Origin: the human T2T-CHM13v2.0 reference genome, Homo sapiens
DNA length: 64,000 bases
Assembly: GCF_009914755.1 (NCBI RefSeq)
Contig: NC_060936.1
Reading direction: 5' to 3' (one strand)
Of this stretch, positions 26,826-40,162 are shown one piece after another; the first letter of the stretch is position 1; each line of letters begins with the position of its first letter. The position numbers were made by a program, and so were the translations under genes. The notes beneath the pieces are model-generated. The model did not search any database. It saw nothing but the letters and a program-made list of their open reading frames with translations, and was not told where the DNA came from.

Positions 26826-27043
26826 TTTATTATTATACTTTAAGTTTTAGGGTACATGTGCACAACGTGCAGGTTTGTTACATATGTATACATGTGCCAT
26901 GTTGGTGTGCTGCACACATTAACTTGTCATTTAACATTAGGTATATCTCCTAATGCTATCCCTCCCCACTCCCCCCACCCCACAACAGGCCCTGGTATAC
27001 GATGTTCCCCTTCCTGTGTCCATGTGTTCTCATTGTTCAATTC
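26826..27043 (-). mobile_element. Short 5'-truncated L1PA (approx. PA3-PA4), ~220 bp
   Basis: L1 3'UTR; 14-bp TSD CCTATTTACCTTTT at 26812-26825 and 27044-27057; nick context TTTT/GA. Confidence 0.93.
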
Positions 27044-27270
27044 CCTATTTACCTTTTGAAGTCCAACTTAAGTACCATCTCTTTGAAAACCTCCCCAATC
27101 AGATTTATTTTTTCTCTCTCTTAGCACTCTTAATTCTTCAACTATTTGCTCATATTTCCCTTTTTTTCGTGTTATAGCTGTTATGCACTTATGCTGAGTC
27201 TAAAATGTAGCGGAAGATGGGGTCATATTTGACTTATTTTAATATATATTTCAGACTTAAGACCACAACC

Positions 27271-27655
<385 letters not shown>

Positions 27656-27659
27656 TTAT

Positions 27660-28270
27660 TCTTTCTCTTATTTTGAAATATTTAAAGCATATGGGAAAGA
27701 ATCAGTAATATTATAATCAGTACCCATACCACTAACAGTGAAATATTATTATTAAAAACATCACTATTTAATTCACTGTGTGACTGTCTTCCATCCTTTT
27801 CCCCTCCATTCTTCCATGAAGCAATCATGATCCTGACTTTAATGTTTATCATTGTTATATGTGTGTGTTTGTGTGTGCATCTTGCCATTACTGTCTCTAT
27901 GCACGTGTTCATGTATAAGTAACCATCTACAACACATGGTGTTATTCTACTTGTTTTTAAATAGTAGATGTTATTATAGGGTCATTTTGCTCTTCACTTA
28001 TTTCCTCGACATTGTCTTTCTCAGATTGTCCATGTGATGTATGCAGTGTTAGAATCTAGTGGTGAGATCAATTGTTTTGATTGCTGTGTAATATTCCTTT
28101 ATATACATATTTCTCAGTTTCTTTGTCCTTTGCTTAAAAGCACTTAATTTTCTCTTTTCACCTGTACAAACAATACCATAGCGAACATTCTTGTACAATT
28201 TTCTGTTGCATCGTAGGGAGTTAACCCAGGGTTATATCAAGAAGTAGAACTTCTGGGTCAGAGACTGTAA
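27660..28270 (-). mobile_element. Old L1ME-type 3' fragment
   Basis: ttgattgctgtgtaatattcc…acaaacaatacc…aacattcttgtac…gaagtagaacttctgggtcagag. Confidence 0.6.
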
Positions 28271-28769
28271 ACACTATGCTTGGCATTGTGATTGAAAGCA
28301 CAGGTGCTGGAACCAGGCTGCTGGGTTCAAATTTCTACCCTGCCACTTACTGACTTTCCCAGGAAGCAAGGAGCGCTAGCTATTTTCAACCTGTTTTCAT
28401 GAGCATGTGTGCCCTACCTCAATCCCTGGCATTAAGTAGTCAGCGTGGCTTAGGTCCTTTTGGCTTTGGAAGGATCTGCCAGGGCCAATTCCCAGCCGCC
28501 ACTGCCTGTTGCTGGAGCCAGTGCCCAGCAGGCCTGTTGCTTCACATGCAATCACCACTTTGCATTTCTGTACCATTTCTGGTCCAGGGAGAGGTTTATT
28601 TTTAAGCCTGGAGATGTTTTTTAGTTTTCCCTTTTAATATTTGATTTATCATCACTACGTCTCTGGAGCAGAGGGAGTACATCGAAGCATGAACTCTTTG
28701 TGTCACCATAACCAGAAGTTGATAACACCTCTATGACCTTTTAAAATAAGCACAGATCTTAGAGTCATC

Positions 28770-28960
28770 TAATCATAGATATTTGGAGCTGGAAGGCATT
28801 TTAGAGATAATTAAGGCTAATGACCTTATTTCATAGGTGAGGGAATTGTGGTCTTAAGAAATTAAGTGATTTACTAATGTCGCATAGCCAGTTGGTGACA
28901 GAGCCAGACCAGAGCCTGTGGGTCCCCTCAATAATATTTTTTTTCCATTATATCCACTAT
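28770..28960 (-). mobile_element. MIR
   Basis: ggagctggaaggcattttagagataat…cttatttcataggtgagggaattg…ggtgacagagccag. Confidence 0.7.
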
Positions 28961-29493
28961 CAGAGCTTTCCCTGTAAGATATATTTCATGTAACATATTT
29001 CTTTTAACATAACTGAAAAAATACACTAGAATTTAAGCAATTAGAAAACATCACATTTTAAAACAGATATAAAATGTTTTCTCTTATACAATATTGGGGT
29101 AAATGTAAGAATATAGTATTTACTGCATTGAGTCAAATATATTTTCATTAGAAGGCACAACGCCTTTGCCTCTGTAGGTTCCTGCTGCATGTGGTTTCCT
29201 TGACTTATGAAATTTATTAGGATGGGCCCATCAATAATGGCACTGATACTTCCAGCTACCTATAGCACTGGGCTTGAAAATGAACTGTGATGAATGGATA
29301 TGACCAGCATTTGCAGTGATAGCCTATATTTCTGCTGTCATGTAAAAATGGCAAGTAGTTTAATTTGCCAAAAAAATCACTAAGTAAAATCAAGTATTCC
29401 TTATAATTAGGATTTCTGGACACTTTTTAGGATATAAATTCAGAATCTGGTGTCTTTGTTAAAGCCTTTGGAACTGTTTTATTTTATTTCTAG

Positions 29494-29648
29494 ATCTTTT
29501 AGCTGTGCCTAAGCATCCGTATGCTGCTATGGAGAACTGGGGACTAAGTATTTTTGTGGAACAAAGAATACTGCTGGATCCCAGTGTTTCATCTATTTCT
29601 TATTTGCTGGATGTCACCATGGTCATTGTTCATGAGATATGTCACCAG
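29494..29648 (+). CDS. TRHDE: TRHDE internal coding exon (probably exon 4), 155 bp, phase 1->0: (D)LLAVPKHPYAAMENWGLSIFVEQRILLDPSVSSISYLLDVTMVIVHEICHQ
   Basis: Acceptor ttttatttctag, donor CAG|gtatga. Encodes the M1 aminopeptidase exopeptidase motif as AAMEN and the zinc motif HEICH, both characteristic of TRHDE. Absent from the ORF track; found by manual translation. Confidence 0.97.
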
Positions 29649-30559
29649 GTATGAGAAAAAGAATCAGGTGTAAGTATAATGTGAAAGCTATTGAAAATGA
29701 TTTTGAATACCTACATTAAGAGCTAAATTATTATCCTCCCAAAGAAGTTTTAATTTTATATGGAGCACTGTGTAGTTCTTTCTGGAAGATATGTCATTTT
29801 TCTCCAATCATAGAATAAACAAAAACAAACACACTGATCGTATTGAGTAAGCAACTGTCATTCCATTTAGTTGAAGAGTGAGATGGCACTGCCACCCAGC
29901 AGCCTCTTTGGAGCCCCTATCTGGTCAGTTATCAACCTTGCTTTATTTTCTTGTGATTATTAGTGTGTATATATGGTAAGTGCAGTGATGGCAATGATTT
30001 ATTGCATCGCTGCAAGATGCAGCTGAGTTTTGTGTATGTGTCAAAATTTGCTTTGACTGAAATCAATTTGTTATTCCCCTTTTCCCACCACATAGACACT
30101 TAGGAAGTCTTTCACTAACTCAGCCATAGACTCTTTGTTCTCAAATGATTGATATTTTTTGTCTTGGCATGTTTAGAAATTCATATGTAAATTTGCCAAC
30201 TTTGTAGTGAAGCTAAGATAAAATTAATTTCATTTTGATTTTATGCATTTTCTCACAATGAATGGAAGGTATTAGATTTCGCAGTGCTTATGTGAATCTT
30301 AATTTTAGTGGAAAAAAATCACTGAAAATAGACGTCCATGCCAATAGAAAGTGATACCTGTCCTGGTTACCAGTATTTATGGAGCTTTAAACTTATAACA
30401 CCAGATATCTCATTGTGATACAGTGTGATTTCAATAAATTATAAAACCCACACCTTGTTAGAAGCTGAAAAAACTAAGGAAAGAGTGATGTGAAAAATGC
30501 CGTCAGTGAAAGAAGGTAAACAGTTAAATGCTGATAAATGAATACTGACTTAATGATGA

Positions 30560-30913
<354 letters not shown>

Positions 30914-31554
30914 CCTAAATGTCAGTTTTTTGCACTGAACCTGTAAGATGTTTGATGTTTTTATCTGCCTTGTTGACCAGATCTCTGAGGTGTGTTCCTC
31001 ATCTCAGGCTTAAGGGGGATCCTTTGCAGAGATGACTGGGGCTCCTAGTCTGTACTAAAGAGGATGGTTTTGACCGAATATCATGTAATTATTTGAGACA
31101 AAAGCAGTTTCCTTTTTGAATGCTCCTATAAATGACAAGTTAGATATATAGTTCTGTGGAAGTGAAAGCGCACCGATAATGTGTAATTGTTCGGAGAACT
31201 GGATTTCATTTGTTTCATATTCTAAGTTACTTTCTTGTTATAGCTTAGTATTTGTAGGCCACTTACTATGGAGTAATGAACCAGAAGCTAGGAGAAACAC
31301 TTAAAATAATTTCCGTTGTCATTAACCAATTAATTTCTATGTTACCTTTCCTGCCCACCTATTTGTTGTCACAATTCTGAAGATAGGATTTCAAGTTAAA
31401 GGAGAAACATGCATTTTTTATTTAAAAAATTATTAAAAGTTAAACATTTACTTTGTGGTCCTCAACATACTGAGAGCTGTTTTTATTTGTATTTCAATGA
31501 GAGATCCTCTTGAAGAACAGATACTTTACTGTTACTATTGAAACTGTCAGCCAA

Positions 31555-32040
31555 GCTTGTTAATGTGGCTCCTAAAGCCATACATGATCTGGTACTTGTC
31601 TGCCTTTCTGGACTCTTTCATGCTTTCCTCCTCCTGGTCCACTATGTTCCAGCCGCACAGGTCTTTCTTCTGTTGCTTAAATAGCTCATTCCCACTTAGA
31701 GTCTTCACATTAAGGGTTAATTACATCTCCCTGGAATTCTCCTTCCCAAGCCTTTCTCATGGCTGGCTGTCCCTTATCATGGAAGTCTGAGCTCAAATGT
31801 CACTTGCTTAGAGAGAATGTTTTTGCTTTTACAATGTAAAGCAGTTCCTCCCTCATTCCTGTAGCAGTTTGTTAGGATCTGAAATTGCGTTGTTCATTTG
31901 CTTATTTATTTTTTTATCGTCTACCTCCCCTCATCCCCCCTACCTCTACAATAAAATGTCAGCTGCATGAGGAGGAACATTATCTAACTTTTCTTCACTG
32001 AATCTCGTCTTTAGGCTAGCTCCTGGCATATAATGTATTT
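31555..32040 (+). mobile_element. L2 3' part
   Basis: actatgttccagccgcacaggtctttc…gtctgagctcaaatgtcac…ctcctggcatataatg. Confidence 0.75.
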
Positions 32041-32197
32041 TTTGCTTTTTAATAAGAAAAGAATTCCTTTAACGTTTTCCTGAACTAAGCAAGTTTCAGA
32101 ATAATACATCATGATCTAATCAAAACACCTGTTAAAATTACATTATTTTTCATGAAGGCATCTTAGAGAATTTTTTTTGGTTTAAATCCTTATTATA

Positions 32198-32565
32198 ATA
32201 GAATCATGGAGAGTCAAGGGTGAGGGACCTCAAAAACCCTTAGTTTTATCAATCAGCAAATATCTTCTCTGAATAGCCTCTGCCACTAGAGGGTGATGCT
32301 TACATACCTCCTGTGATGAACTGCTCACTACCTTTCAAGGAAGTATTTTCCCATCTTTGGCCATCTCAGTCTGTTAGAGGGTTTTCTGCGTTTTCAGCAG
32401 ACATTTACCCATGCTAATTTCCGTTCATTAGTCCTGGTTTGTCCCTTGTAGGGTCACAAGAAACAAGCCTTTCCTCTTCTACGTAATAGGTCTTCAAATA
32501 TTTGAAGACAGCTCTCATCAGTTTTTCTCTCCTGAGCCCTTTCTTCTCCAAGTCAAATATTCTTT
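32198..32565 (-). mobile_element. L3/CR1 LINE 3' fragment
   Basis: Minus-strand ORF 32414..32668 contains LEKKGLR…AVFKYLK, resembling the CR1 RT C-terminus (LEKRRLRGD..AVFKYLK); terminal atagaatcat. Confidence 0.75.
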
Positions 32566-32802
32566 TGTGTTCATTGATTATTCTTTTTTGTTCTTCTCTG
32601 AAAGCATGTATAAAAAAACTAGTGTCACCCAAGTACTCAGATAAATCAATACAGTTTTGCCACAACACATTTTAAGATCACAAAATCAACTGGGGAATGA
32701 ATTCCAGTTATAATAATCATAGTTTAATACATGTAATTTTAGATAAAATAGTTTGGGGATAGATTTTATTTTATTTGATGACCATTAATTTTGTTACTGC
32801 AG

Positions 32803-32916
32803 TGGTTTGGTGACCTTGTGACGCCTGTGTGGTGGGAAGACGTGTGGCTGAAGGAAGGGTTTGCTCACTACTTTGAATTTGTTGGTACAGACTACCTCTA
32901 TCCTGGCTGGAACATG
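32803..32916 (+). CDS. TRHDE: TRHDE internal coding exon (probably exon 5), 114 bp, phase 0->0: [38 protein letters not shown]
   Basis: Acceptor ttttgttactgcag, donor ATG|gtaagt. In frame with the previous exon; supplies the third Zn ligand E exactly 18 residues after HEICH (WLKEG). Confidence 0.97.
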
Positions 32917-33737
32917 GTAAGTGCACTTGAATTATTTGAAACTTTTAGTAAAAGGCCGATCTAGTGTTACATTAGGCTTATACCATCCTTAGAGATGACT
33001 AAAAATACCAACTGATGCATGAAAATGTATCAATAAAGTGTAACCAAAAATTGAAATGTTAGTATTCTTAAAGAGTCATCTTTTACTTATTAGGAACTAT
33101 ATAATCTGATTTGCTATTCATTTGCTTCAAAATGCCACAATTTACCTGAATAGAAATATTTTCAATTGTAGTATTTTATAGTAAAGGCAAATTGTCCTTT
33201 AAAATAAAGAAGTCAAGAGTAATTAATAATATTTTAAATATACAGAATATATCAAACAGAAAAATGAGGACTTGACATCTCATTCATGAGATAAAACACA
33301 AAAAATACCTAAAAGATACGATGTATTATTGTTGTAGATATATGTATTTTAGGATTAAATGACTTAATAAGAGGTCATTAATTTTATATATGAAGTTATT
33401 CATATTATACCTATACTTTAGGAATGTCAGAACTTGAAGAAAGGTTTTTGTGCCTTAAGCTGTGCTGTTATAGGGCATCCTAGAAGAAAAAGTAGAGGGA
33501 GGGTGTAGTTTTGCTATATGTCTTTTTATATCAGTTTTTCATTTTATATAAGCTTTCACTGATCAATATGTGACAGTGTGATTATTAAATAGAACCCGGG
33601 GTATATATATGTTGTTCTGAAATTCAAATTTAAATTTATTTTAAGTGGTACTATTAAATTAAGTAAAAATTGCAATGTACCAATACTTATCAATTTCCAA
33701 AAGCTCAACTTTTATTTGTGACATAGCGTAGGCGATT

Positions 33738-33825
33738 ATGTATATATATACACACGCACATATATATGCACACACACATACATATATATACATACATATA
33801 TATACACATACATATATGTATATAT
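33738..33825. repeat. (TA)/(CA) mixed simple repeat
   Basis: Direct reading. Confidence 0.9.
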
Positions 33826-34420
33826 TGTTTTAAAGCACTTTATTGAGGCAAGATTGACATACAAAATGCTGTACATATTTAATGTATGCAACTTGATGAG
33901 TTTGGAGATAAGTGTACATTCATAAAACAAATGGTCACCACAGTCTATGCCATAAACATATTCATCACCTCCAAAATTTTCTACCTATCTTCTTTACTTA
34001 TTGTTATTTGGTGATAAGAACACAACATAAGATCTGCCCTTCAGGAAGTTTTCAGGTGTGTGATGCAGAATTATTGAATATACACATTATGCTCTATAGT
34101 AGATCTCTAGGACTTATTCATCTTGCATGACTGAAGCTTTGTACACTTTGTCTAATACATCCTTGTTTCCTCCTCCCCCAAGCCTCTGGCAACCACCATT
34201 TTATTCTCTGCTTCTGTGAATTTGACTATTTTAGATTTCTTATAGAAGTGGAATTATGTAGTATTTGTCTATTTTATCTCGCTTGGCATGAAGTACCAAG
34301 TTCACTCATGTTGTTACAAATGGCAGAATTTCTTTCTTTTTTAAAGGCAGAATAGTATTCTCTTGCGTGTATACACCACATTTTCTTTATCCATTCATCT
34401 GTCAGTGGATCGATTGCTTC
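33826..34420 (-). mobile_element. L1MA/L1MB 3' end
   Basis: ttgacatacaaaatgctgtacatattt…tagatctctaggacttattcatcttgc…ctctggcaaccaccattttattctctgcttct. Confidence 0.85.
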
Positions 34421-35614
34421 CAAAAATATTTTATACTGCTCTCTTTTGATGTTCTAAAGTAGTAATAGGCAGTTATCTACTTGTCTGTTATTGTTCCAAG
34501 TATAATTTGAAGAACACGTAAACCAAGGTAAAATATGAAAGCATCTGTAAGTCATCATATAACTTCTCCAACATAAATTTAAACGACTCCTGCTGAGAAA
34601 AAAAAATGAAATTACTTTAACAAAAATGTGAAGATAGTAATACCATATCAATGTGTTTTAATTATTTTCATGCAATTTTACTGATATTTTATGAAGGCAA
34701 CATGACTCATTTGCACAAATCTACAAGATAAGTTTATTTGATTTATGTGCCTAGGCATTTATATATGTATAACATAATTTTAATATCTTAATTGAAGTGT
34801 TTTATTTTGGCATTCAAATTAATTAACAATGCCTTTAAATGACACTGAAGAAAAATCAGCAATACAACATTATATTATTGGAAGTATTCTTTAAAAAACA
34901 TGTAATTTTAAAATGTAAATGTTTACGGTAACTGAAACATTTCCAAAAGTATCTTTTGGTTTTTGATGACTTTCCACCAACTTTGTTTAAATTTCTCATT
35001 TAATTTTTATTATACTGTGGATTATTCCTGATTTATAATTTCATTATGTTTCAATATTAAAAGATGTCCTTATTACAAGTGATGTGTTATGCATAGGTGT
35101 TGCTTTTTTTAGCTCATTCAGATACCTGTGATAAAATTCTTTCTATTCACCATTATGAAAAATGCATCTTAGATTTAAAAGTAGTCAACAGAATTATACA
35201 TGGGGTGAAAAGTGACAGCTTTTGATTGTTTTAGCATGGTAATATATCTTCAGTTTCAGTATCCTCATTCCAAATTTTGTCTTTGAATGACTTTTCATAT
35301 TTCTTCATCATTTTATCAGTTACATTGTAAATATAGGAATTCTGGAAAATATTTTTAGAGGTATTGAAAATGAACACAGAGTGTAAATAAGACAACTGAG
35401 ACTTTGTTCTTAATTAAACACAGACCATGCATTAGGAGTATAAAAACCTTGAGGTGAGTCAGATATAAGATTTGATCACTTCTAAATCCATATTTAATAA
35501 TTAAGAAATGAAAACTAACAACAGAATAATTACGGTGTCACAGAAAACTCATCCTATTAAAGTAAAAAATGAAATAATAAACTCCATCACATTTAATTAC
35601 ACAGTTAATAGTGA

Positions 35615-36079
<465 letters not shown>

Positions 36080-39000
36080 TAATTAATACCTTCTTTGCAA
36101 ACAATTAAGAATAAGATAGCCACATAAATAAGAGAGGATATTAAGTGCCTTGAAGGCTCTGCCAGCACGAATTTTCATAATGGCATCAGCAAAAGAGTGA
36201 AAGAAATACTCAAAAGGACAAGAGTAATGGCTGTGTCAGCAGTAACTCATACTATTGTGATATGCGTAAAAGCTTGTCTGTAAGTGCATGGCTTAAGGTT
36301 CACTACACCTGAGCCTGTAATAGAAAAACCAGAAGTCAGGCTCATGTCAGGAGTAAAGAAATTCAGGAAGTTGACCTCTTTTGCCATTAATCTCAAAAAC
36401 AGTGCTTTTTTAGGCATCAAGGCTCAAACACTGAAAAACAATTTTATCTGCTAGAGAGATACTATGGCAATCTACCTTCCATGGACTAGCAATAAAGAAG
36501 CCTAGAATTACATAGTATTGTTAAGGAGGCTCTTGTTCTGACTTAGGCCAGTATACTTCGCTTAACTGTTAGTAAAATCTTAGGTTGTATGTATGTGTGT
36601 TTTCAGAGCCAGTTTCTGATATAGAATTAAGGAATACTACATATGATAAAATTATCACAATAAGCATTTTGTGATAATTTTGTCCTCTAGCAAACTAATC
36701 AACTTTACCATTTTATAGATATGGGGTTTTACAGGAAGTATGATACAAGTCAGGGGGATAGATTGGAAATAAGAAGCTCAGATTTCAAGGAAGGCATTTC
36801 CCCTTTCTAACTCATCCTTATCATTTGAAAATGGGAGAATTATACTGACTTAGTAAGTCCACATAATTTTTTTGAAGACAAAATAACTTATGAGGTCTTT
36901 GAAATGTATGAACCACTCTACAAATGTAAGTAGGCATCATGGGCCTGGGAAAATGAAAGCTCTATTAGAAAAGTACATTGATTTTTTGTATAGATAAGCT
37001 AACATTTCCAACCCTAGTAATCCATTTTGGCTTCTTAGGCTTATACCAATTATTTATACGTACAAAATAAACTTGGTATCTAGATTCAGTCTCACCAAAT
37101 AAATTCTTATCTATACTGGCAATGTGGACTATTCCATAGGAACATAAGCCTTAGATAATGTTTCATTCATCAAAGAGAAGTGTCAAGATCATTAGAAACG
37201 ACCTCCTCAGCTTAGGGCTGAAGACACATTTCAAAGAGGATTCATAGCATGAATAGTCTTTTTGCTTGATGTTATTTTATCAAAGTTGGCTGTTAGTGAC
37301 AACATTATTGGATGGATTAAGTTACAGTATGCCATTGATGGCAATCATATTAAATCTTATTGTGTTTCCTCAAAAGAGATAAAAAGAAGGACTGACACAG
37401 CACAGTAACTGTTCTTCAACAACTCTTGATCATTTTAATTTGAAAAAAGTTTATGTTAAAATTTTAATACAGCAGAAAGTTGCTTATTAAAATACTGCAA
37501 TGGAGAACTCCTTATTTTAAAGATCTGGTGCCGATGCAGGTCAAGTCATATCCTCTGTGCATAGTGCATAGGTGTCATTATAATTTGTGTTGTCTATATT
37601 CTAGGTGACTCCTTCAGGTTCCTGAATATAGCATTACAAGAAAGTGCTTCTATAATGAGAATCATTAAACATGAGTGTATGTTCTTTCATTAAAGAAATT
37701 GGGAAGGTAAAGAGCTTCACGCACCAAAAACATTATAAGTTATACTTTGATAAAGTCAGCAGACTGGAAATTTTCTCTTAATTTTTGTAAGGACACATAC
37801 CTGGGCATAAAGATAATTATTAATGCAACTGAAGTTCAGTCTGCAAAATAACTCCTCTGAAGTAATAAACTAGAAGGTGATCCAAATGTTTTAATTTATT
37901 GATATTTTATTCTCAAATGACTGATACCCAGTGAATGTGAGAAATTTAAAGGCTTCTTAGGGCTGGACCCAAGGGCTTTTGGTCTTTTTGATCCTGTTCA
38001 GTTGCTTAAAAGTGACATTTACATTGAGAGACCATAAGGAAGTGGAAAGCATGCCTGTTTGGGTCTCATGGAATCCCAGTCTTTGAAATGGACCTCTTCT
38101 CTGACTGCGTTTTCCTTTCTCTGTTCCCTCCTGCTTTTTAAGGCTATTTTATTTTTACTCAACAGAAGTTGAGAAAATCATTGACTAACTGAAATATAGC
38201 CGATTTGCTCAGCAAGCAAACTTTTTTCCTTACTGAAAATATAAACGTCTTTTTAAGAATAGAAACATGTTTTTCCGTTTAAGAGGAACTGGGGACCTGC
38301 AGCTCCCTGTTACGGGAGAAAGGTTTGCTTTTCTCCTGGCATTTGCAGTTAGAGAAGATTTTGGCATTGGTGGATAATGTGCCTATAGCAAAGACAAAGA
38401 AACTACAAGGAGGATATAAGAGCAGCAATGAGAGCAGCAGCTAATGCCATTAAAGCAAAATATCTCCTGTGCTGTAGTTGTACACTGAGTATATGCTTGA
38501 GGAATCCTAATGTGCATATGCCCCATGCATTGAGAATTAAACTAGAACTCTAAGTGTGTATGTATTCAGATAATTCAAAAAGAATGTCAGAGTTAAGCAG
38601 GCCTGACACTGGAATCTAACCAGTGGAGACTGAATAGATATTAATACTTTTTTTTAGCAAAAAAAAAAAAAAAAAAACAAAAACAGTTAAAATGAGAGCT
38701 TTACCTGTTACACTAACAGGTTAAACTAGCTTTCACTGAGGCTAATGCAATAACAACCTATATTTACATTTTTTTCTCATTTTAGGACTAATTCTGTGCA
38801 TTTCAGAATGTCTTGTTGTGGCACTGGTTAACATGGCATTGGCCATGTTAAGAACATCTGTTAGAAAGATGAATGAGTAAGGCTGGACAATCTTTGTTAA
38901 TTGTTGAAGTATATTAACTGATGTAGAAATTGTGTAGCACAGATACATTTTTGAGTATAATACTACAACTGAAGAATATATAATATATACATGTTTTCAT

Positions 39001-39374
39001 TTTGTTTGCACTTGTAGTTCTTATATAAAAATCAAGACTTTGGATTCACAGTTGCTTGGGAAATAGAAGCTTTTGAAGAGCCTCAATGTTATAAAGATGT
39101 GTTAAGTTTCAGGAAATGAAAATCTGTTTCTTTCATTGCTTCAAATGGAAGACTAGCTTTTACTAAGTAAGATATCTTTAGAAAAGGAAGATAAAACAAG
39201 CATAATTCATTAGTATTCGTGTATATTCACTGTATATTAACATATATTTCTATCTACTCAGGTAAGCATCTGGAAGGTGTGTTAGTCACATTACCTCACA
39301 TCCTTTCCTATATGAATTTTTAAAATTTAAAATAAAGCTGAAAATTAAAAAAATTATACATGTTTTTAAAGGAT

Positions 39375-40162
39375 TTTTTTTTGTTTTTTTTTAATTTTTA
39401 TTTTATTATTATTATACTTTAAGTTTTAGGGTACATGTGCACAATGTGCAGGTTAGTTACATATGTATACATGTGCCATGCTGGTGTGCTGCACCCATTA
39501 ACTCGTCATTTAGCATTAGGTATATCTCCTAATGCTATCCCTCCCACCTCCCCCCACCCCACAACAGTCCCCAGAGTGTGATGTTCCCCTTCCTGTGTCC
39601 ATGTGTTCTCATTGTTCAATTCCCACCTATAAGTGAGAACATGCGGTGTTTGGTTTTTTGTCCTTGCAGTAGTTTACTGAGAATGATGATTTCCAATTTC
39701 ATCCATGTCCCTACAAAGGACATGAACTCATCCTTTTTTATGGCTGCATAGTATTCCATGGTGTATATGTGCCACATTTTCTTAATCCAGTCTATCATTG
39801 TTGGACATTTGGGTTGGTTCCAAGTCTTTGCTATTGTGAATAGTGCCGCAATAAACATACGTGTGCATGTGTCTTCATAGTAGCATGATTTATAGTCCTT
39901 TGGGTATATACCCAGTAATGGGATGGCTGGGTCAAATGGTATTTCTAGTTCTAGATCCCTGAGGAATCACCACACTGACTTCCACAATGGTTGAACTAGT
40001 TTACAGTCCCACCAACAGTGTAAAAGTGTTCCTATTTCTCCACATCCTCTCCAGCACCTGTTGTTTCCTGACTTTTTAATGATTGCCATTCTAACTGGTG
40101 TGAGATGGTATCTCATTGTGGTTTTGATTTGCATTTCTCTGATGGCCAGTGATGGTGAGCAT
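39375..40162 (-). mobile_element. Young 5'-truncated L1PA2/PA3-like element, ~790 bp
   Basis: Intact ORF2 C-terminus (ORF 39616..39858, …HRMFSLIGGN); GAG rather than the Ta ACA diagnostic; flanking repeat tttttaaaggat at 39363-39374 and 40163-40174. Confidence 0.95.

Noticed and set aside
26507-27177. 148-aa and overlapping ORFs
   Set aside because: Chance read-through of L2 plus the antisense L1 3'UTR.
32490-32509. Perfect 20-bp palindrome GTCTTCAAATATTTGAAGAC
   Set aside because: Largely inherent to the L3/CR1 sequence encoding VFKYLK.
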